From contig NC_086097.1 in the NCBI RefSeq assembly GCF_963921235.1, forward strand, positions 177,756,001 through 177,820,000: a DNA stretch of 64,000 nucleotides, read 5' to 3'. A program made the position numbers and the translations under genes. Every line of letters begins with the position of its first letter. Position 1 is the stretch's first letter. The notes beneath the pieces were generated by a model. That model had not been told where the DNA came from, did no database searches, and saw only the letters and a program-made list of their open reading frames with translations. Below are positions 25,960 to 41,700 of the stretch, piece by piece. Source of the stretch: Mobula hypostoma (taxonomy: Eukaryota).

Positions 25960-28900
25960 ATATTTGTCACAAATCTCCACATAATATTTATCTGCGGTAA
26001 ACACTTATAGAAAGGAGAGGAAAGAAAGAACAATTGAAAGAAGAAAACTATGTACAAAGTAGGAAGTGATTTTTTTACAACATTTTCATTGACTTGTGAG
26101 AATAAAATCAGGCCTATGAGGTGTTTATGTAGTTAAACCATTTTTCCCAGTATGAATCAAATTGTTCCAACTTATGATTAACAGTTGCTGTTATCTTCTC
26201 CATTTTGTAAATGTCCATTGTAATTTCCATCCTTACATTTAAAGTAGGGCTCGCCTGTGATAACCATTTCCTGGTAAGGGTCTTTTTACCAGCCGCCAGC
26301 AGTATATTCATTAAATATTTATCTCTTTTCATCCATTCTTGAGGTATATACCCAAAATATATGGCCTTACTCTCTAAGGGTATTTCACATTTAAAGATTT
26401 CTTGTAGGGCATTATGTATCCCACTCCAATAGTCTTTGATAACGGGACATTCCCAGAAAATATGATAATGGTTTGCATTTTGATTTCCACAATTTTTCCA
26501 GCAAACAGGAAGGTTACTATCATAAAGGGATTTCTGGGAGGGTGTAATAAAATATCTTATCAAGTTTTTCCACCCAAACTCCCTCCATTTCTGTGAACTC
26601 GTACACTTCCATTGATATCTCCATATTATTGTCCAGTCTTCCTCAGATATTATTATTCCTCCTTCCTTCTCCCGTTTTGTTTTAATGCATGAGGTCGAAT
26701 GTGTTTTAAGATTTGACAAACCCTTATACACGCTTGTATACTGCCCAGACTAGCGTTGTCTGAATTATATGCTTTTCTAAATAGCTCTATCAGACATGGT
26801 TACATCTTTAACTGTCCTATTAACATATTATTGCATCTGTAAATACCGGTAGAAGTCTTGTTTTTCTGTAAGTGTTTCTCTTTGAACATTTCAAAACTGA
26901 ACAGTGTTCCTTCTTTCATTATATTGCAAATAGCTGTTATTCCTTTAGCTGTCCAGTCCTTAAATGTAGCATCCAGTTTATTCGGCGTAGAATCCGAGTC
27001 ATATGCACACCATTTAAGAATTGCAATGTCTCTCTCTAGTTTATATTCTTTTATAATAGTTTTCCATATTTTAAGAGTCCATTTCACCCACAGGTTATCA
27101 ATAATATTTATGTAACTTTGTAGGTTGTTATCAGCCAAAATTGCCTGTATGGGGATGGAAAATATCCTCTCCTCAATGTTTTTCCATTGAGCATCTTACG
27201 ATGGGTTGCACCAGCATATCACAGCTCTCAATCATGCTGCAAAATAATAATCTCTGAGAGAAGGTAGAAAAGATCCCCCCTAATTTTGAGACGAACCCTA
27301 GGCCTTTTACCTTGCCATATATATCTTGATAGCATCTTGTTCCATTCATTGAATTGATTTTGGTTAATCTCTATTGGTAGGGTCTGAAAGAGATATAGTA
27401 GTCTTGGCAGTATATTCATATTAATAGATTCAATCCTCGAACTGAGACCAAGAAAAGGAATTAGGTTCCATCTTGTTGTATCTTCCTTAAGTTTTTCATA
27501 TATAGGCTGATAATTGCATTCTGATAATCTTGCCAAATCTTTTGGCATAATGATGCCCAAATATTTGACAGACTCTGTTTGCCATGCCCAAGGATATCTA
27601 CTTCCAATTTCTCTTTGTGGGCTATAGTTATATGAAAGTAGTTGGGTTTTATCTATGTTGATCTTGTATCCTGATAATTGGCCATATTGTTCAAAGGATT
27701 GCATCAATTTAGGTAAAGAGTATGTTGGTTGCCCTAGATAGATCAAAATGTCATCTGTGTAACAGGCCAATTTATACTCTGTCCCTTTAATAGTAATTCC
27801 CCTGATATCTTCATTTCGTCTGATGTATTGAGTTAATGGTTCCAGATATAATACGAAGAGTAGCGGTGACCATGCACAACCCTGTCTCGTGCCCCTTTCT
27901 GGGGTAAAACTATTAGATAAATATCCATTGATTTTAATCCTAGCAGTAGGATTGTTGTATAGTGCCTGTATAGTTTTGGTAATTGTGTCATGTAGACCAA
28001 ATCTATGTAAAACTCTGTAAATAAAATTCCAATTAACCTAATCAATTACCTTTTCAGTGTCCACACTTATCACTATTGCTTCAATTTCTTTTTTTTATAT
28101 GATCCATAATGTGAAGTGTCCTTCGTATATTGTCCTGTGTTTGGCATTGTTGTATAAAACCTTTCTGATCATTATGTATCAGTGTGGGTAGAATCTCTTC
28201 TAATCGTTTGGCCATGATGGAGGTAAATATTCTATAATCCACATTAAGAACAGATATTGGTCTAAATGACCCACATTCCATTTTATCCTTGCCTTCTTTC
28301 AGTATAGCTGAGATTATCGCCTCCTTCCAGCTGGGTGGCATTTACGCCTTTCTTAGAACCCAGTTCAGTGTGGGGAGCAAAACAGGAATTAACTCATTTC
28401 TAATTTCTTTATACCACTCTGCCGTATATCCATCTGATCCTGGTGACTTGCTTAATTTAAGCCTACTAATTGCAGTTTTGAGTTCAGCTTCAGTTATGTC
28501 AGCAGTCATCATTCTATCTTGTTCTTTGCTTAAAATGGGTAACTCTAAAGAATTCAAGAAGGTATCAATCTGGGTTATGCTTCCCCCTGGAACTTTGGAA
28601 TATGGAGTTTTGTAAAATAATTCAAAAGCTTCTTGAATTTCACTTATCTTTTTTTTTATCACTTTTGTTCTTGGATCCCAAATTCTATGAATTGTATTTT
28701 CTGCTATCTTTTTTTTTCAGTTTCCACGCCAGTATTTTCATTGATTTAGATCCACTTCCATAGTGCCTCTGTTTCAGAAACATTAATTTTTTTCTAATTT
28801 CTTGTGTAGCCAAACTATTAATTTCATTCCTAATTTTTAAAATTTCCTCTAGTGTATCCTGTGCCAAACTCAATTTGTGTTTTTTTCCTAGTTCCTTCAT

Positions 28901-29637
28901 CTTATTTTGTAATTCCTGTAATGTTTTATTCCTTATTTTTTTCTTATATGAAGATATCGCTATAATTTTCCCTCTTAAGACTGCCTTCGGAGTATCTCCA
29001 TTATCATTGAATTCTAAGTAAAGACCAATTGCTTTTTTGATTTGTTCCTTAAAATAGGGATAATTGAGTAGACTTGAATTTAGTTTCCAAGTACTGTAGT
29101 ATTCTTTGGTTGTAGGTCAAAATCAACAGATAAATGTATAGGTGCATGGTCACTTACATCTATTGTCCCAATTCCACAGGTGATTATTTTGTCTTTATCT
29201 TTTCCAAAAGTTATGAAATAGTCTATTCTTGTATATATGGAATGGGGGGCAGAATAATGAGCGTAATCCCTTCTGTCGGGGGAAAGATCCCTCCATATAT
29301 CAATTAGATCAACATCCTCAAAATGAGTGTTAACTTTCTTATGTAAAGATTTTGTTTCATAAGTTTTTCTATTGGAAGAGTCTAACTTTGGTTGTAATTG
29401 TAAATTTAAGTCTCCCTGACATATCAAGAGACCTTCTGTTTCCATTACTATAATATTAGTAATTTTCTGGAAGAAACTAATATCACTTCCTGGGGGTGTG
29501 TATATATTCAATGAAGTATCTGGACTTCCGTCTCTATTCCCCCTACCAGAATATATCTTCCCTCCTTATCTCCCATTTCAAATAATTTTTCAAAATTTAG
29601 CTTGCTTGAGATGAGAGTAGCAACTCCTCTCCTATGT
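25856..29637 (-). mobile_element. 5'-truncated L1-clade LINE (ORF2 EN-RT-Cys-rich tail, frameshifted)
   Basis: ORF fragments with NIYTP, SRID-like YTRIDY, SDHAP, KSPGSDG, FRPISVLNVDY, YTDD, KYLGI and CWKNC...HIFWEC. AATAAA and a short poly(A) at the 25856 end. 15-bp TSD ccaactgccRcttct at 25841-25855 and 29638-29652. Confidence 0.93.
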
Positions 29638-29702
29638 CCAACTGCCACTTCTAACACTCCGCATTAAGGAGTGAGAGCTCAAACTGGATGAACTCTGGAT
29701 CC

Positions 29703-32700
29703 GTCAGGAGGCGGAATGGCTGATGAACAGGGTGTATAGAGAGATGGTCACTCTGTATGTGCACGACACAGGGGACTGGGTGACGGTCAGGAGGCTGAGG
29801 GGGTGATAGACAGGGTGTATAGAGAGATGGTCACTCTGTATGTGCACGACACAGGGGACTGGGTGATGGTCAGGAGGCTGAGGGGGTGATAGACAGGGTA
29901 CATAGAGAGATGGTCACTCTCTATGTGCGCGACACAGGGGACTGGGTGACGGTCAGGAGGCCGAGGGGGTGATAGACAGGGTACATAGAGAGATGGTCAC
30001 TCTGTATGTGCACGACACAGGGGACTGGGTGACGGTCAGGAGGCCGAGGGGGTGATAGACAGGGTGTATAGAGAGATGGTCACTCTCTATGTGCACGATA
30101 CAGGGGATTCGGTGATGGTCAGGAGGCCGAGGGGGTGATGGACAGGGTGTATAGAGAGATGGTCACTCTGTATGTGCACGACACAGGGGACTGGGTGACG
30201 GTCAGGAGGCCGAGGGGGTGATAGACAGGGTGTATAGAGAGATGGTCACTCTGTATGTGCACGACACAGGGGACTGGGTGACGGTCAGGAGGCTGAGGGG
30301 GTGATAGACAGGGTGTATAGAGAGATGGTCACTCTGTATGTGCACGACACAGGGGACTGGGTGATGGTCAGGAGGCTGAGGGGGTGATAGACAGGGTACA
30401 TAGAGAGATGGTCACTCTGTATGTGCACGACACAGGGGACTGGGTGACGGTCAGGAGGCCGAGGGGGTGATAGACAGGGTGTATAGAGAGATGGTCACTC
30501 TCTATGTGCACGATACAGGGGATTCGGTGATGGTCAGGAGGCCGAGGGGGTGATGGACAGGGTGTATAGAGAGATGGTCACTCTGTATGTGCACGACACA
30601 GGGGACTGGGTGACGGTCAGGAGGCCGAGGGGGTGATAGACAGGGTGTATAGAGAGATGGTCACACTGTATGTGCACGACACAGGGGACTGGGTGACGGT
30701 CAGGAGGCCGAGGGGGTGATAGACAGGGTGTATAGAGATATGATCACTCTCTATGTGCACGACGCAGGGGATGGGTGACGGTCAGGAGGCTGAGGGGGTG
30801 ATAGACAGGGTGTATAGAGAGATGGTCACTCTGTATGTGCACGACACAGGGGACTGGGTGACGGTCAGGAGGCTGAGGGGGTGATAGACAGGGTGTATAG
30901 AGAGATGGTCACTCTGTATGTGCACGACACAGGGGACTCGGTGATGGTCAGGAGGCCGAGGGGGTGATAGACAGGGTGTATAGAGAGATGGTCACTCTGT
31001 ATGTGCACGACACAGGGGACGGGTGACGGTCAGGAGGCCGAGGAGGTGATAGACAGGGTGTATAGAGAGATGGTCACTCTGTATGTGCACGACACAGGGG
31101 ACTGGGTGACGGTCAGGAGGCTGAGGGGGTGATAGACAGGGTGTATAGAGAGATGGTCACTCTGTATGTGCGCGACACAGGGGACTCGGTGATGGTCAGG
31201 AGGCCGAGGGGGTGATAGACAGGGTGTATAGAGAGATGGTCACTCTGTATGTGCGCGACACAGGGGACTGGCTGAGGGGGTGATAGACAGGCTGTATAGG
31301 GAGATGGTCACTCTCTATGTGCGCGACACAGGGGACTGGGTGACGGTCAGGAGGCCGAGGGGGTGATAGACAGGGTGTATAGAGAGATGGTCACTCTCTA
31401 TGTGCACGACACAGGGGACTCGGTGATGGTCAGGAGGCCGAGGGGTTGATAGACAGGGTGTATAGAAAGATGGTCACTCTCTATGTGCACGACACAGGGG
31501 ACTGGGTGACGGTCAGGAGGCTGAGGGGCTGATAGACAGGGTACATAGAGAGATGGTCACTCTCTATGTGCACGACACAGGGGACTCGGTGACGGTCAGA
31601 AGGCCGAGGGGGTGATGGACAGGGTGTATAGAGAGTTGGTCACTTTCTATGTGCACGACACAGGGGACTCGGTGATGGTCAGGAGGCCGAGGGGATGATA
31701 GACAGGGTGTATAGAGAGATGGTCACTCTGTATGTGCGCAACACAGGGGAATGGGTGATGGTCAGGAGGCCGAGGGGGTGATGGACAGGGTACATAGAGA
31801 GATGGTCACTCTGTATGTGCGTGACACAGGGGACTGGGTGACGGTCAGGAGGCCGAGGGGGTGATAGACAGGGTGTAAAGAGAGATGGTCACTCTGTAAG
31901 TGCACGACACAGGGGACGGGTGACGGTCAGGAGGCCGAGGGGGTGATAGACAGGGTGTATAGAGAGATGGTCACTCTGTATGTGCGCGACACAGGGGACT
32001 GGGTGACGGTCAGGAGGCCGAGGGGGTGATAGACAGGGTGTATAGAGAGATGGTCACTCTGTATGTGCGCGACACAGGGGACTGGTGACGGTCAGGAGGC
32101 CGAGGGGGTGATAGACAGGGTGTATAGAGAGATGGTCACTCTGTACGTGCACGACACAGGGGACGGGTGACGGTCAGGAGGCCGAGGGGTTGATGGACAG
32201 GGTGTATAGAGAGATGGTCACTCTCTATGTGCACGACACAGGGGACGGGTGACGGTCAGGAGGCCGAGGGGTTGATGGACAGGGTGTATAGAGAGATGGT
32301 CACTCTCTATGTGCACGACACAGGGGACTCGGTGACGGTCAGGAGGCCGAGGGGGTGATGGACAGGGTGTATAGAGAGTTGGTCACTCTCTATGTGCACG
32401 ACACAGGGGACTCGGTGATGGTCAGGAGGCCGAGGGGGTGATAGACAGGGTGTATAGAGAGATGGTCACTCTGTATGTGCGCGACACAGGGGAATGGGTG
32501 ATGGTCAGGAGGCCGAGGGGGTGATAGACAGGGTGTACAGAGAGATGGTCACTCTGTATGTGCGCAACACAGGGGACTGGTGACGGTCAGGAGGCCGAGG
32601 GGGTGATAGACAGGGTGTATAGAGAGATGGTCACTCTGTACGTGCACGACACAGGGGACGGGTGACGGTCAGGAGGCCGAGGGGGTGATAGACAGGGTGT

Positions 32701-35700
32701 ATAGAGAGATGGTCACTCTGTATGTGCACGACACAGGGGAATGGGTGACGGTCAGGAGGCCAAGGGGGTGATGGACAGGGTGTATAGAGAGATGGTCACT
32801 CTCTATGTGCACGACACAGGGGATTCGGTGATGGTCAGGAGGCCGAGGGGGTGATGGACAGGGTGTATAGAGAGATGGTCACTCTGTATGTGCACGACAC
32901 AGGGGACTCGGTGATGGTCAGGAGGCCGAGGGGGTGATAGACAGGGTGTATAGAGAGATGGTCACTCTGTATGTGCACGACACAGGGGACGGGTGACGGT
33001 CAGGAGGCCGAGGAGGTGATAGACAGGGTGTATAGAGAGATGGTCACTCTGTATGTGCGCGACACAGGGGACTGGGTGACGGTCAGGAGGCCGAGGGGGT
33101 GATAGACAGGGTGTATAGAGAGATGGTCACTCTGTATGTGCGCGACACAGGGGACTGGCTGAGGGGGTGATAGACAGGCTGTATAGGGAGATGGTCACTC
33201 TCTATGTGCGCGACACAGGGGACTGGGTGACGGTCAGGAGGCCGAGGGGGTGATAGACAGGGTGTATAGAGAGATGGTCACTCTCTATGTGCACGACACA
33301 GGGGACTCGGTGATGGTCAGGTGGCCGAGGGGTTGATAGACAGGGTGTATAGAAAGATGGTCACTCTCTATGTGCACGACACAGGGGACTGGGTGACGGT
33401 CAGGAGGCTGAGGGGCTGATAGACAGGGTACATAGAGAGATGGTCACTCTCTATGTGCACGACACAGGGGACTCGGTGACGGTCAGAAGGCCGAGGGGGT
33501 GATGGACAGGGTGTATAGAGAGTTGGTCACTTTCTATGTGCACGACACAGGGGACTCGGTGATGGTCAGGAGGCCGAGGGGATGATAGACAGGGTGTATA
33601 GAGAGATGGTCACTCTGTATGTGCGCAACACAGGGGAATGGGTGATGGTCAGGAGGCCGAGGGGGTGATGGACAGGGTACATAGAGAGATGGTCACTCTG
33701 TATGTGCGTGACACAGGGGACTGGGTGACGGTCAGGAGGCCGAGGGGGTGATAGACAGGGTGTACAGAGAGATGGTCACTCTGTATGTGCGCGACACAGG
33801 GGACGGGTGACGGTCAGGAGGCCGAGGGGGTGATAGACAGGGTGTATAGAGAGATGGTCACTCTGTATGTGCGCGACACAGGGGACTGGGTGACGGTCAG
33901 GAGGCCGAGGGGGTGATAGACAGGGTGTATAGAGAGATGGTCACTCTGTATGTGCGCGACACAGGGGACTGGTGACGGTCAGGAGGCCGAGGGGGTGATA
34001 GACAGGGTGTATAGAGAGATGGTCACTCTGTACGTGCACGACACAGGGGACGGGTGACGGTCAGGAGGCCGAGGGGGTGATAGACAGGGTGTATAGAGAG
34101 ATGGTCACTCTGTATGTGCACGACAAAGGGGACTGGTGACGGTCAGGAGGCCGAGGGGGTGATAGACAGGGTGTATAGAGAGATTGTCACTCTCTATGTG
34201 CACGACACGGGACTGGGTGACGGTCAGGAGGCCGAGGGGGTGATGGACAGGGTGTATAGAGAGATGGTCACTCTCTATGTGCACGACACAGGGGACTCGG
34301 TGATGGTCAGGAGGCCGAGGGGTTGATGGACAGGGTGTATAGAGAGATGGTCACTCTCTATGTGCACGACACAGGGGACTTGGTGACGGTCAGGAGGCCG
34401 AGGGGGTGATGGACAGGGTGTATAGAGAGTTGGTCACTCTCTATGTGCACGACACAGGGGACTCGGTGATGGTCAGGAGGCCGAGGGGGTGATAGACAGG
34501 GTGTATAGAGAGATGGTCACTCTGTATGTGCGCGACACAGGGGAATGGGTGATGGTCAGGAGGCCGAGGGGGTGATAGACAGGGTACATAGAGAGATGGT
34601 CACTCTCTATGTGCGCGACACTGGGGACTGGGTGACGGTCAGGAGGCCGAGGGGGTGATAGACAGGGTGTACAGAGAGATGGTCACTCTGTATGTGCGCA
34701 ACACAGGGGACTGGTGACGGTCAGGAGGCCGAGGGTGTGATAGACAGGGTGTATAGAGAGATGGTCACTCTGTACGTGCACGACACAGGGGACGGGTGAC
34801 GGTCAGGAGGCCGAGGGGGTGATAGACAGGGGGTATAGAGAGATGGTCACTCTGTATGTGCACGACACAGGGGAATGGGTGACGGTCAGGAGGCCGAGGG
34901 GGTGATAGACAGGGTGTATAGAGAGATGGTCACTCTGTATGTGCACGACACAGGGGACTGGGTGACGGTCAGGAGGCCGAGGGGGTGATAGACAGGGTGT
35001 ATAGAGAGATGATCACTCTCTATGTGCACGACGCAGGGGATGGGTGACGGTCAGGAGGCTGAGGGGGTGATAGACAGGGTGTATAGAGAGATGGTCACTC
35101 TGTATGTGCACGACACAGGGGACTCGGTGATGGTCAGGAGGCCGAGGGGGTGATAGACAGGGTGTATAGAGAGATGGTCACTCTGTATGTGCACGACACA
35201 GGGGACTGGGTGACGGTCAGGAAGCCGAGGGGGTGATAGACAGGGTGTATAGAGAGATGGTCACTCTGTATGTGCGCGACACAGGGGACTGGCTGAGGGG
35301 GTGATAGACAGGCTGTATAGGTAGATGGTCACTCTCTATGTGCGCGACACAGGGGACTGGGTGACGGTCAGGAGGCCGAGGGGGTGATAGACAGGGTGTA
35401 TAGAGAGATGGTCACTCTGTATGTGCGCGACACAGGGGACTGGTGACGGTCAGGAGGCCGAGGGGGTGATAGACAGGGTGTATAGAGAGATGGTCACTCT
35501 GTACGTGCACGACACAGGGGACGGGTGACGGTCAGGAGGCCGAGGGGGTGATGGACAGGGTGTATAGAGAGATGGTCACTCTCTATGTGCACGACACAGG
35601 GGACTCGGTGATGGTCAGGAGGCCGAGGGGTTGATAGACAGGGTGTATAGAAAGATGGTCACTCTCTATGTGCACGACACAGGGGACTGGGTGACGGTCA

Positions 35701-38700
35701 GGAGGCTGAGGGGCTGATAGACAGGGTACATAGAGAGATGGTCACTCTCTATGTGCACGACACAGGGGACTCGGTGACGGTCAGAAGGCCGAGGGGGTGA
35801 TGGACAGGGTGTATAGAGAGTTGGTCACTTTCTATGTGCACGACACAGGGGACTCGGTGATGGTCAGGAGGCCGAGGGGATGATAGACAGGGTGTATAGA
35901 GAGATGGTCACTCTGTATGTGCGCAACACAGGGGAATGGGTGATGGTCAGGAGGCCGAGGGGGTGATGGACAGGGTACATAGAGAGATGGTCACTCTGTA
36001 TGTGCGTGACACAGGGGACTGGGTGACGGTCAGGAGGCCGAGGGGGTGATAGACAGGGTGTACAGAGAGATGGTCACTCTGTATGTGCGCGACACAGGGG
36101 ACGGGTGACGGTCAGGAGGCCGAGGGGGTGATAGACAGGGTGTATAGAGAGATGGTCACTCTGTATGTGCGCGACACAGGGGACTGGGTGACGGTCAGGA
36201 GGCCGAGGGGGTGATAGACAGGGTGTATAGAGAGATGGTCACTCTGTATGTGCGCGACACAGGGGACTGGTGACGGTCAGGAGGCCGAGGGGGTCATAGA
36301 CAGGGTGTATAGAGAGATGGTCACTCTGTACGTGCACGACACAGGGGACGGGTGACGGTCAGGAGGCCGAGGGGGTGATAGACAGGGTGTATAGAGAGAT
36401 GGTCACTCTGTATGTGCACGACAAAGGGGACTGGTGACGGTCAGGAGGCCGAGGGGGTGATAGACAGGGTGTATAGAGAGATTGTCACTCTCTATGTGCA
36501 CGACACGGGACTGGGTGACGGTCAGGAGGCCGAGGGGGTGATGGACAGGGTGTATAGAGAGATGGTCACTCTCTATGTGCACGACACAGGGGACTCGGTG
36601 ATGGTCAGGAGGCCGAGGGGTTGATGGACAGGGTGTATAGAGAGATGGTCACTCTCTATGTGCACGACACAGGGGACTCGGTGACGGTCAGGAGGCCGAG
36701 GGGGTGATGGACAGGGTGTATAGAGAGTTGGTCACTCTCTATGTGCACGACACAGGGGACTCGGTGATGGTCAGGAGGCCGAGGGGGTGATAGACAGGGT
36801 GTATAGAGAGATGGTCACTCTGTATGTGCGCGACACAGGGGAATGGGTGATGGTCAGGAGGCCGAGGGGGTGATAGACAGGGTACATAGAGAGATGGTCA
36901 CTCTCTATGTGCGCGACACAGGGGACTGGGTGACGGTCAGGAGGCCGAGGGGGTGATAGACAGGGTGTATAGAGAGATGGTCACTCTGTACGTGCACGAC
37001 ACAGGGGACGGGTGACGGTCAGGAGGCCGAGGGGGTGATAGACAGGGTGTATAGAGAGATGGTCACTCTGTATGTGCACGACACAGGGGAATGGGTGACG
37101 GTCAGGAGGCCAAGGGGGTGATGGACAGGGTGTATAGAGAGATGGTCACTCTCTATGTGCACGACACAGGGGACTTGGTGATGGTCAGGAGGCCGAGGGG
37201 TTGATGGACAGGGTGTATAGAGAGATGGTCACTCTCTATGTGCACGACACAGGGGACTCGGTGATGGTCAGGAGGCTGAGGGGGTGATGGACAGGGTGTA
37301 TAGAGAGATGGTCACTCTGTATGTGCGCGACACAGGGGACTGGTGACGGTCAGGAGGCCGAGGGGTTGATGGACAGGGTGTATAGAGAGATGGTCACTCT
37401 CTATGTGCACGACACAGGGGACTTGGTGACGGTCAGGAGGCTGAGGGGGTGATAGACAGGGTACATAGAGAGATGGTCACTCTCTATGTGCACGACACAG
37501 GGAACTCGGTGACGGTCAGGAGGCCGAGGGGGTGATGGACAGGGTGTATAGAGAGATGGTCACTCTGTATGTGCACGACACAGGGGTCTGGGTGACGGTC
37601 AGGAGGCCGAGGGGGTGATAGACGACAGGCTGTATAGGGAGATGGTCACTCTCTATGTGCATGACACAGGGGACTCGGTGATGGTCAGGAGGCCGAGGGG
37701 TTGATGGACAGGGTGTATAGAGAGATGTTCACTCTCTATGTGCACGATACAGGGGACTGGCTGAGGGGGTGATAGACAGGCTGTATAGGGAGATGGTCAC
37801 TCTCTATGTGCACGACACAGGGGAATGGGTGACGGTCAGGAGGCCGAGGGGGTGATGGACAGGGTGTATAGAGAGATGGTCACTCTCTATGTGCACGACA
37901 CAGGGGACTCGGTGATGGTCAGGAGGCTGAGGGGGTGATGGACAGGGTGTATAGAGAGATGGTCACTCTGTATGTGCACGACACAGGGGACTGGCTAAAG
38001 GGGTGATAGACAGGGTGTATAGAGAGATGGTCACTCTCTATGTGCACGACACAGGGGACTGGGTGACGGTCAGGAGGCTGAGGGGGTGATAGACAGGCTG
38101 TATAGGGAGATGGTCACTCTCTGTGTGCACGACACAGGGGACTGGGTGACGGTCAGGAGGTTGACGGGGTGATAGGCTGTATAGGGAGATGGTCACTCTC
38201 TATGTGCACGACACAGGGGACTGGGTGATGGTCAGGAGGCCGAGGGGGTGATGGACAGGGTACATAGAGAGATGGTCACTCTGTATGTGCGTGACACAGG
38301 GGACTGGGTGACGGTCAGGAGGCCGAGGGGGTGATAGACAGGGTGTACAGAGAGCTGGTCACTCTGTATGTGCGCGACACAGGGGACGGGTGACGGTCAG
38401 GAGGCCGAGGGGGTGATAGACAGGGTGTATAGAGAGATGGTCACTCTGTATGTGCGCGACACAGGGGACTGGGTGACGGTCAGGAGGCCGAGGGGGTGAT
38501 AGACAGGGTGTATAGAGAGATGGTCACTCTGTATGTGCGCGACACAGGGGACTGGTGACGGTCAGGAGGCCGAGGGGGTGATAGACAGGGTGTATAGAGA
38601 GATGGTCACTCTGTACGTGCACGACACAGGGGACGGGTGACGGTCAGGAGGCCGAGGGGGTGATAGACAGGGTGTATAGAGAGATGGTCACTCTGTATGT

Positions 38701-41700
38701 GCACGACAAAGGGGACTGGTGACGGTCAGGAGGCCGAGGGGGTGATAGACAGGGTGTATAGAGAGATTGTCACTCTCTATGTGCACGACACGGGACTGGG
38801 TGACGGTCAGGAGGCCGAGGGGGTGATGGACAGGGTGTATAGAGAGATGGTCACTCTCTATGTGCACGACACAGGGGACTCGGTGATGGTCAGGAGGCCG
38901 AGGGGTTGATGGACAGGGTGTATAGAGAGATGGTCACTCTCTATGTGCGCGACACAGGGGACTTGGTGACGGTCAGGAGGCCGAGGGGGTGATCGACAGG
39001 GTGTATAGAGAGTTGGTCACTCTCTATGTGCACGACACAGGGGACTCGGTGATGGTCAGGAGGCCGAGGGGGTGATAGACAGGGTGTATAGAGAGATGGT
39101 CACTCTGTATGTGCGCGACACAGGGGAATGGGTGATGGTCAGGAGGCCGAGGGGGTGATAGACAGGGTACATAGAGAGATGGTCACTCTCTATGTGCGCG
39201 ACACAGGGGACTGGGTGACGGTCAGGAGGCCGAGGGGGTGATAGACAGGGTGTACAGAGAGATGGTCACTCTGTATGTGCGCAACACAGGGGACTGGTGA
39301 CGGTCAGGAGGCCGAGGGTGTGATAGACAGGGTGTATAGAGAGATGGTCACTCTGTACGTGCACGACACAGGGGACGGGTGACGGTCAGGAGGCCGAGGG
39401 GGTGATAGACAGGGTGTATAGAGAGATGGTCACTCTGTATGTGCACGACACAGGGGAATGGGTGACGGTCAGGAGGCCGAGGGGGTGATAGACAGGGTGT
39501 ATAGAGAGATGGTCACTCTGTATGTGCACGACACAGGGGACTGGGTGACGGTCAGGAGGCCGAGGGGGTGATAGACAGGGTGTATAGAGAGATGATCACT
39601 CTCTATGTGCACGACGCAGGGGATGGGTGACGGTCAGGAGGCTGAGGGGGTGATAGACAGGGTGTATAGAGAGATGGTCACTCTGTATGTGCACGACACA
39701 GGGGACTCGGTGATGGTCAGGAGGCCGAGGGGGTGATAGACAGGGTGTATAGAGAGATGGTCACTCTGTATGTGCACGACACAGGGGACGGGTGACGGTC
39801 AGGAGGCCGAGGAGGTGATAGACAGGGTGTATAGAGAGATGGTCACTCTGTATGTGCGCGACACAGGGGACTGGGTGACGGTCAGGAAGCCGAGGGGGTG
39901 ATAGACAGGGTGTATAGAGAGATGGTCACTCTGTATGTGCGCGACACAGGGGACTGGCTGAGGGGGTGATAGACAGGCTGTATAGGGAGATGGTCACTCT
40001 CTATGTGCGCGACACAGGGGACTGGGTGACGGTCAGGAGGCCGAGGGGGTGATAGACAGGGTGTATAGAGAGATGGTCACTCTGTATGTGCGCGACACAG
40101 GGGACTGGTGACGGTCAGGAGGCCGAGGGGGTGATAGACAGGGTGTATAGAGAGATGGTCACTCTGTACGTGCACGACACAGGGGACGGGTGACGGTCAG
40201 GAGGCCGAGGGGGTGATGGACAGGGTGTATAGAGAGATGGTCACTCTCTATGTGCACGACACAGGGGACTCGGTGATGGTCAGGAGGCCGAGGGGTTGAT
40301 AGACAGGGTGTATAGAAAGATGGTCACTCTCTATGTGCACGACACAGGGGACTGGGTGACGGTCAGGAGGCTGAGGGGCTGATAGACAGGGTACATAGAG
40401 AGATGGTCACTCTCTATGTGCACGACACAGGGGACTCGGTGACGGTCAGAAGGCCGAGGGGGTGATGGACAGGGTGTATAGAGAGTTGGTCACTTTCTAT
40501 GTGCACGACACAGGGGACTCGGTGATGGTCAGGAGGCCGAGGGGATGATAGACAGGGTGTATAGAGAGATGGTCACTCTGTATGTGCGCAACACAGGGGA
40601 ATGGGTGATGGTCAGGAGGCCGAGGGGGTGATGGACAGGGTACATAGAGAGATGGTCACTCTGTATGTGCGTGACACAGGGGACTGGGTGACGGTCAGGA
40701 GGCCGAGGGGGTGATAGACAGGGTGTACAGAGAGATGGTCACTCTGTATGTGCGCGACACAGGGGACGGGTGACGGTCAGGAGGCCGAGGGGGTGATAGA
40801 CAGGGTGTATAGAGAGATGGTCACTCTGTATGTGCGCGACACAGGGGACTGGGTGACGGTCAGGAGGCCGAGGGGGTGATAGACAGGGTGTATAGAGAGA
40901 TGGTCACTCTGTATGTGCGCGACACAGGGGACTGGTGACGGTCAGGAGGCCGAGGGGGTCATAGACAGGGTGTATAGAGAGATGGTCACTCTGTACGTGC
41001 ACGACACAGGGGACGGGTGACGGTCAGGAGGCCGAGGGGGTGATAGACAGGGTGTATAGAGAGATGGTCACTCTGTATGTGCACGACAAAGGGGACTGGT
41101 GACGGTCAGGAGGCCGAGGGGGTGATAGACAGGGTGTATAGAGAGATTGTCACTCTCTATGTGCACGACACGGGACTGGGTGACGGTCAGGAGGCCGAGG
41201 GGGTGATGGACAGGGTGTATAGAGAGATGGTCACTCTCTATGTGCACGACACAGGGGACTCGGTGATGGTCAGGAGGCCGAGGGGTTGATGGACAGGGTG
41301 TATAGAGAGATGGTCACTCTCTATGTGCACGACACAGGGGACTCGGTGACGGTCAGGAGGCCGAGGGGGTGATGGACAGGGTGTATAGAGAGTTGGTCAC
41401 TCTTCTATGTGCACGACACAGGGGACTCGGTGATGGTCAGGAGGCCGAGGGGGTGATAGACAGGGTGTATAGAGAGATGGTCACTCTGTATGTGCGCGAC
41501 ACAGGGGAATGGGTGATGGTCAGGAGGCCGAGGGGGTGATAGACAGGGTACATAGAGAGATGGTCACTCTCTATGTGCGCGACACAGGGGACTGGGTGAC
41601 GGTCAGGAGGCCGAGGGGGTGATAGACAGGGTGTATAGAGAGATGGTCACTCTGTACGTGCACGACACAGGGGACGGGTGACGGTCAGGAGGCCGAGGGG

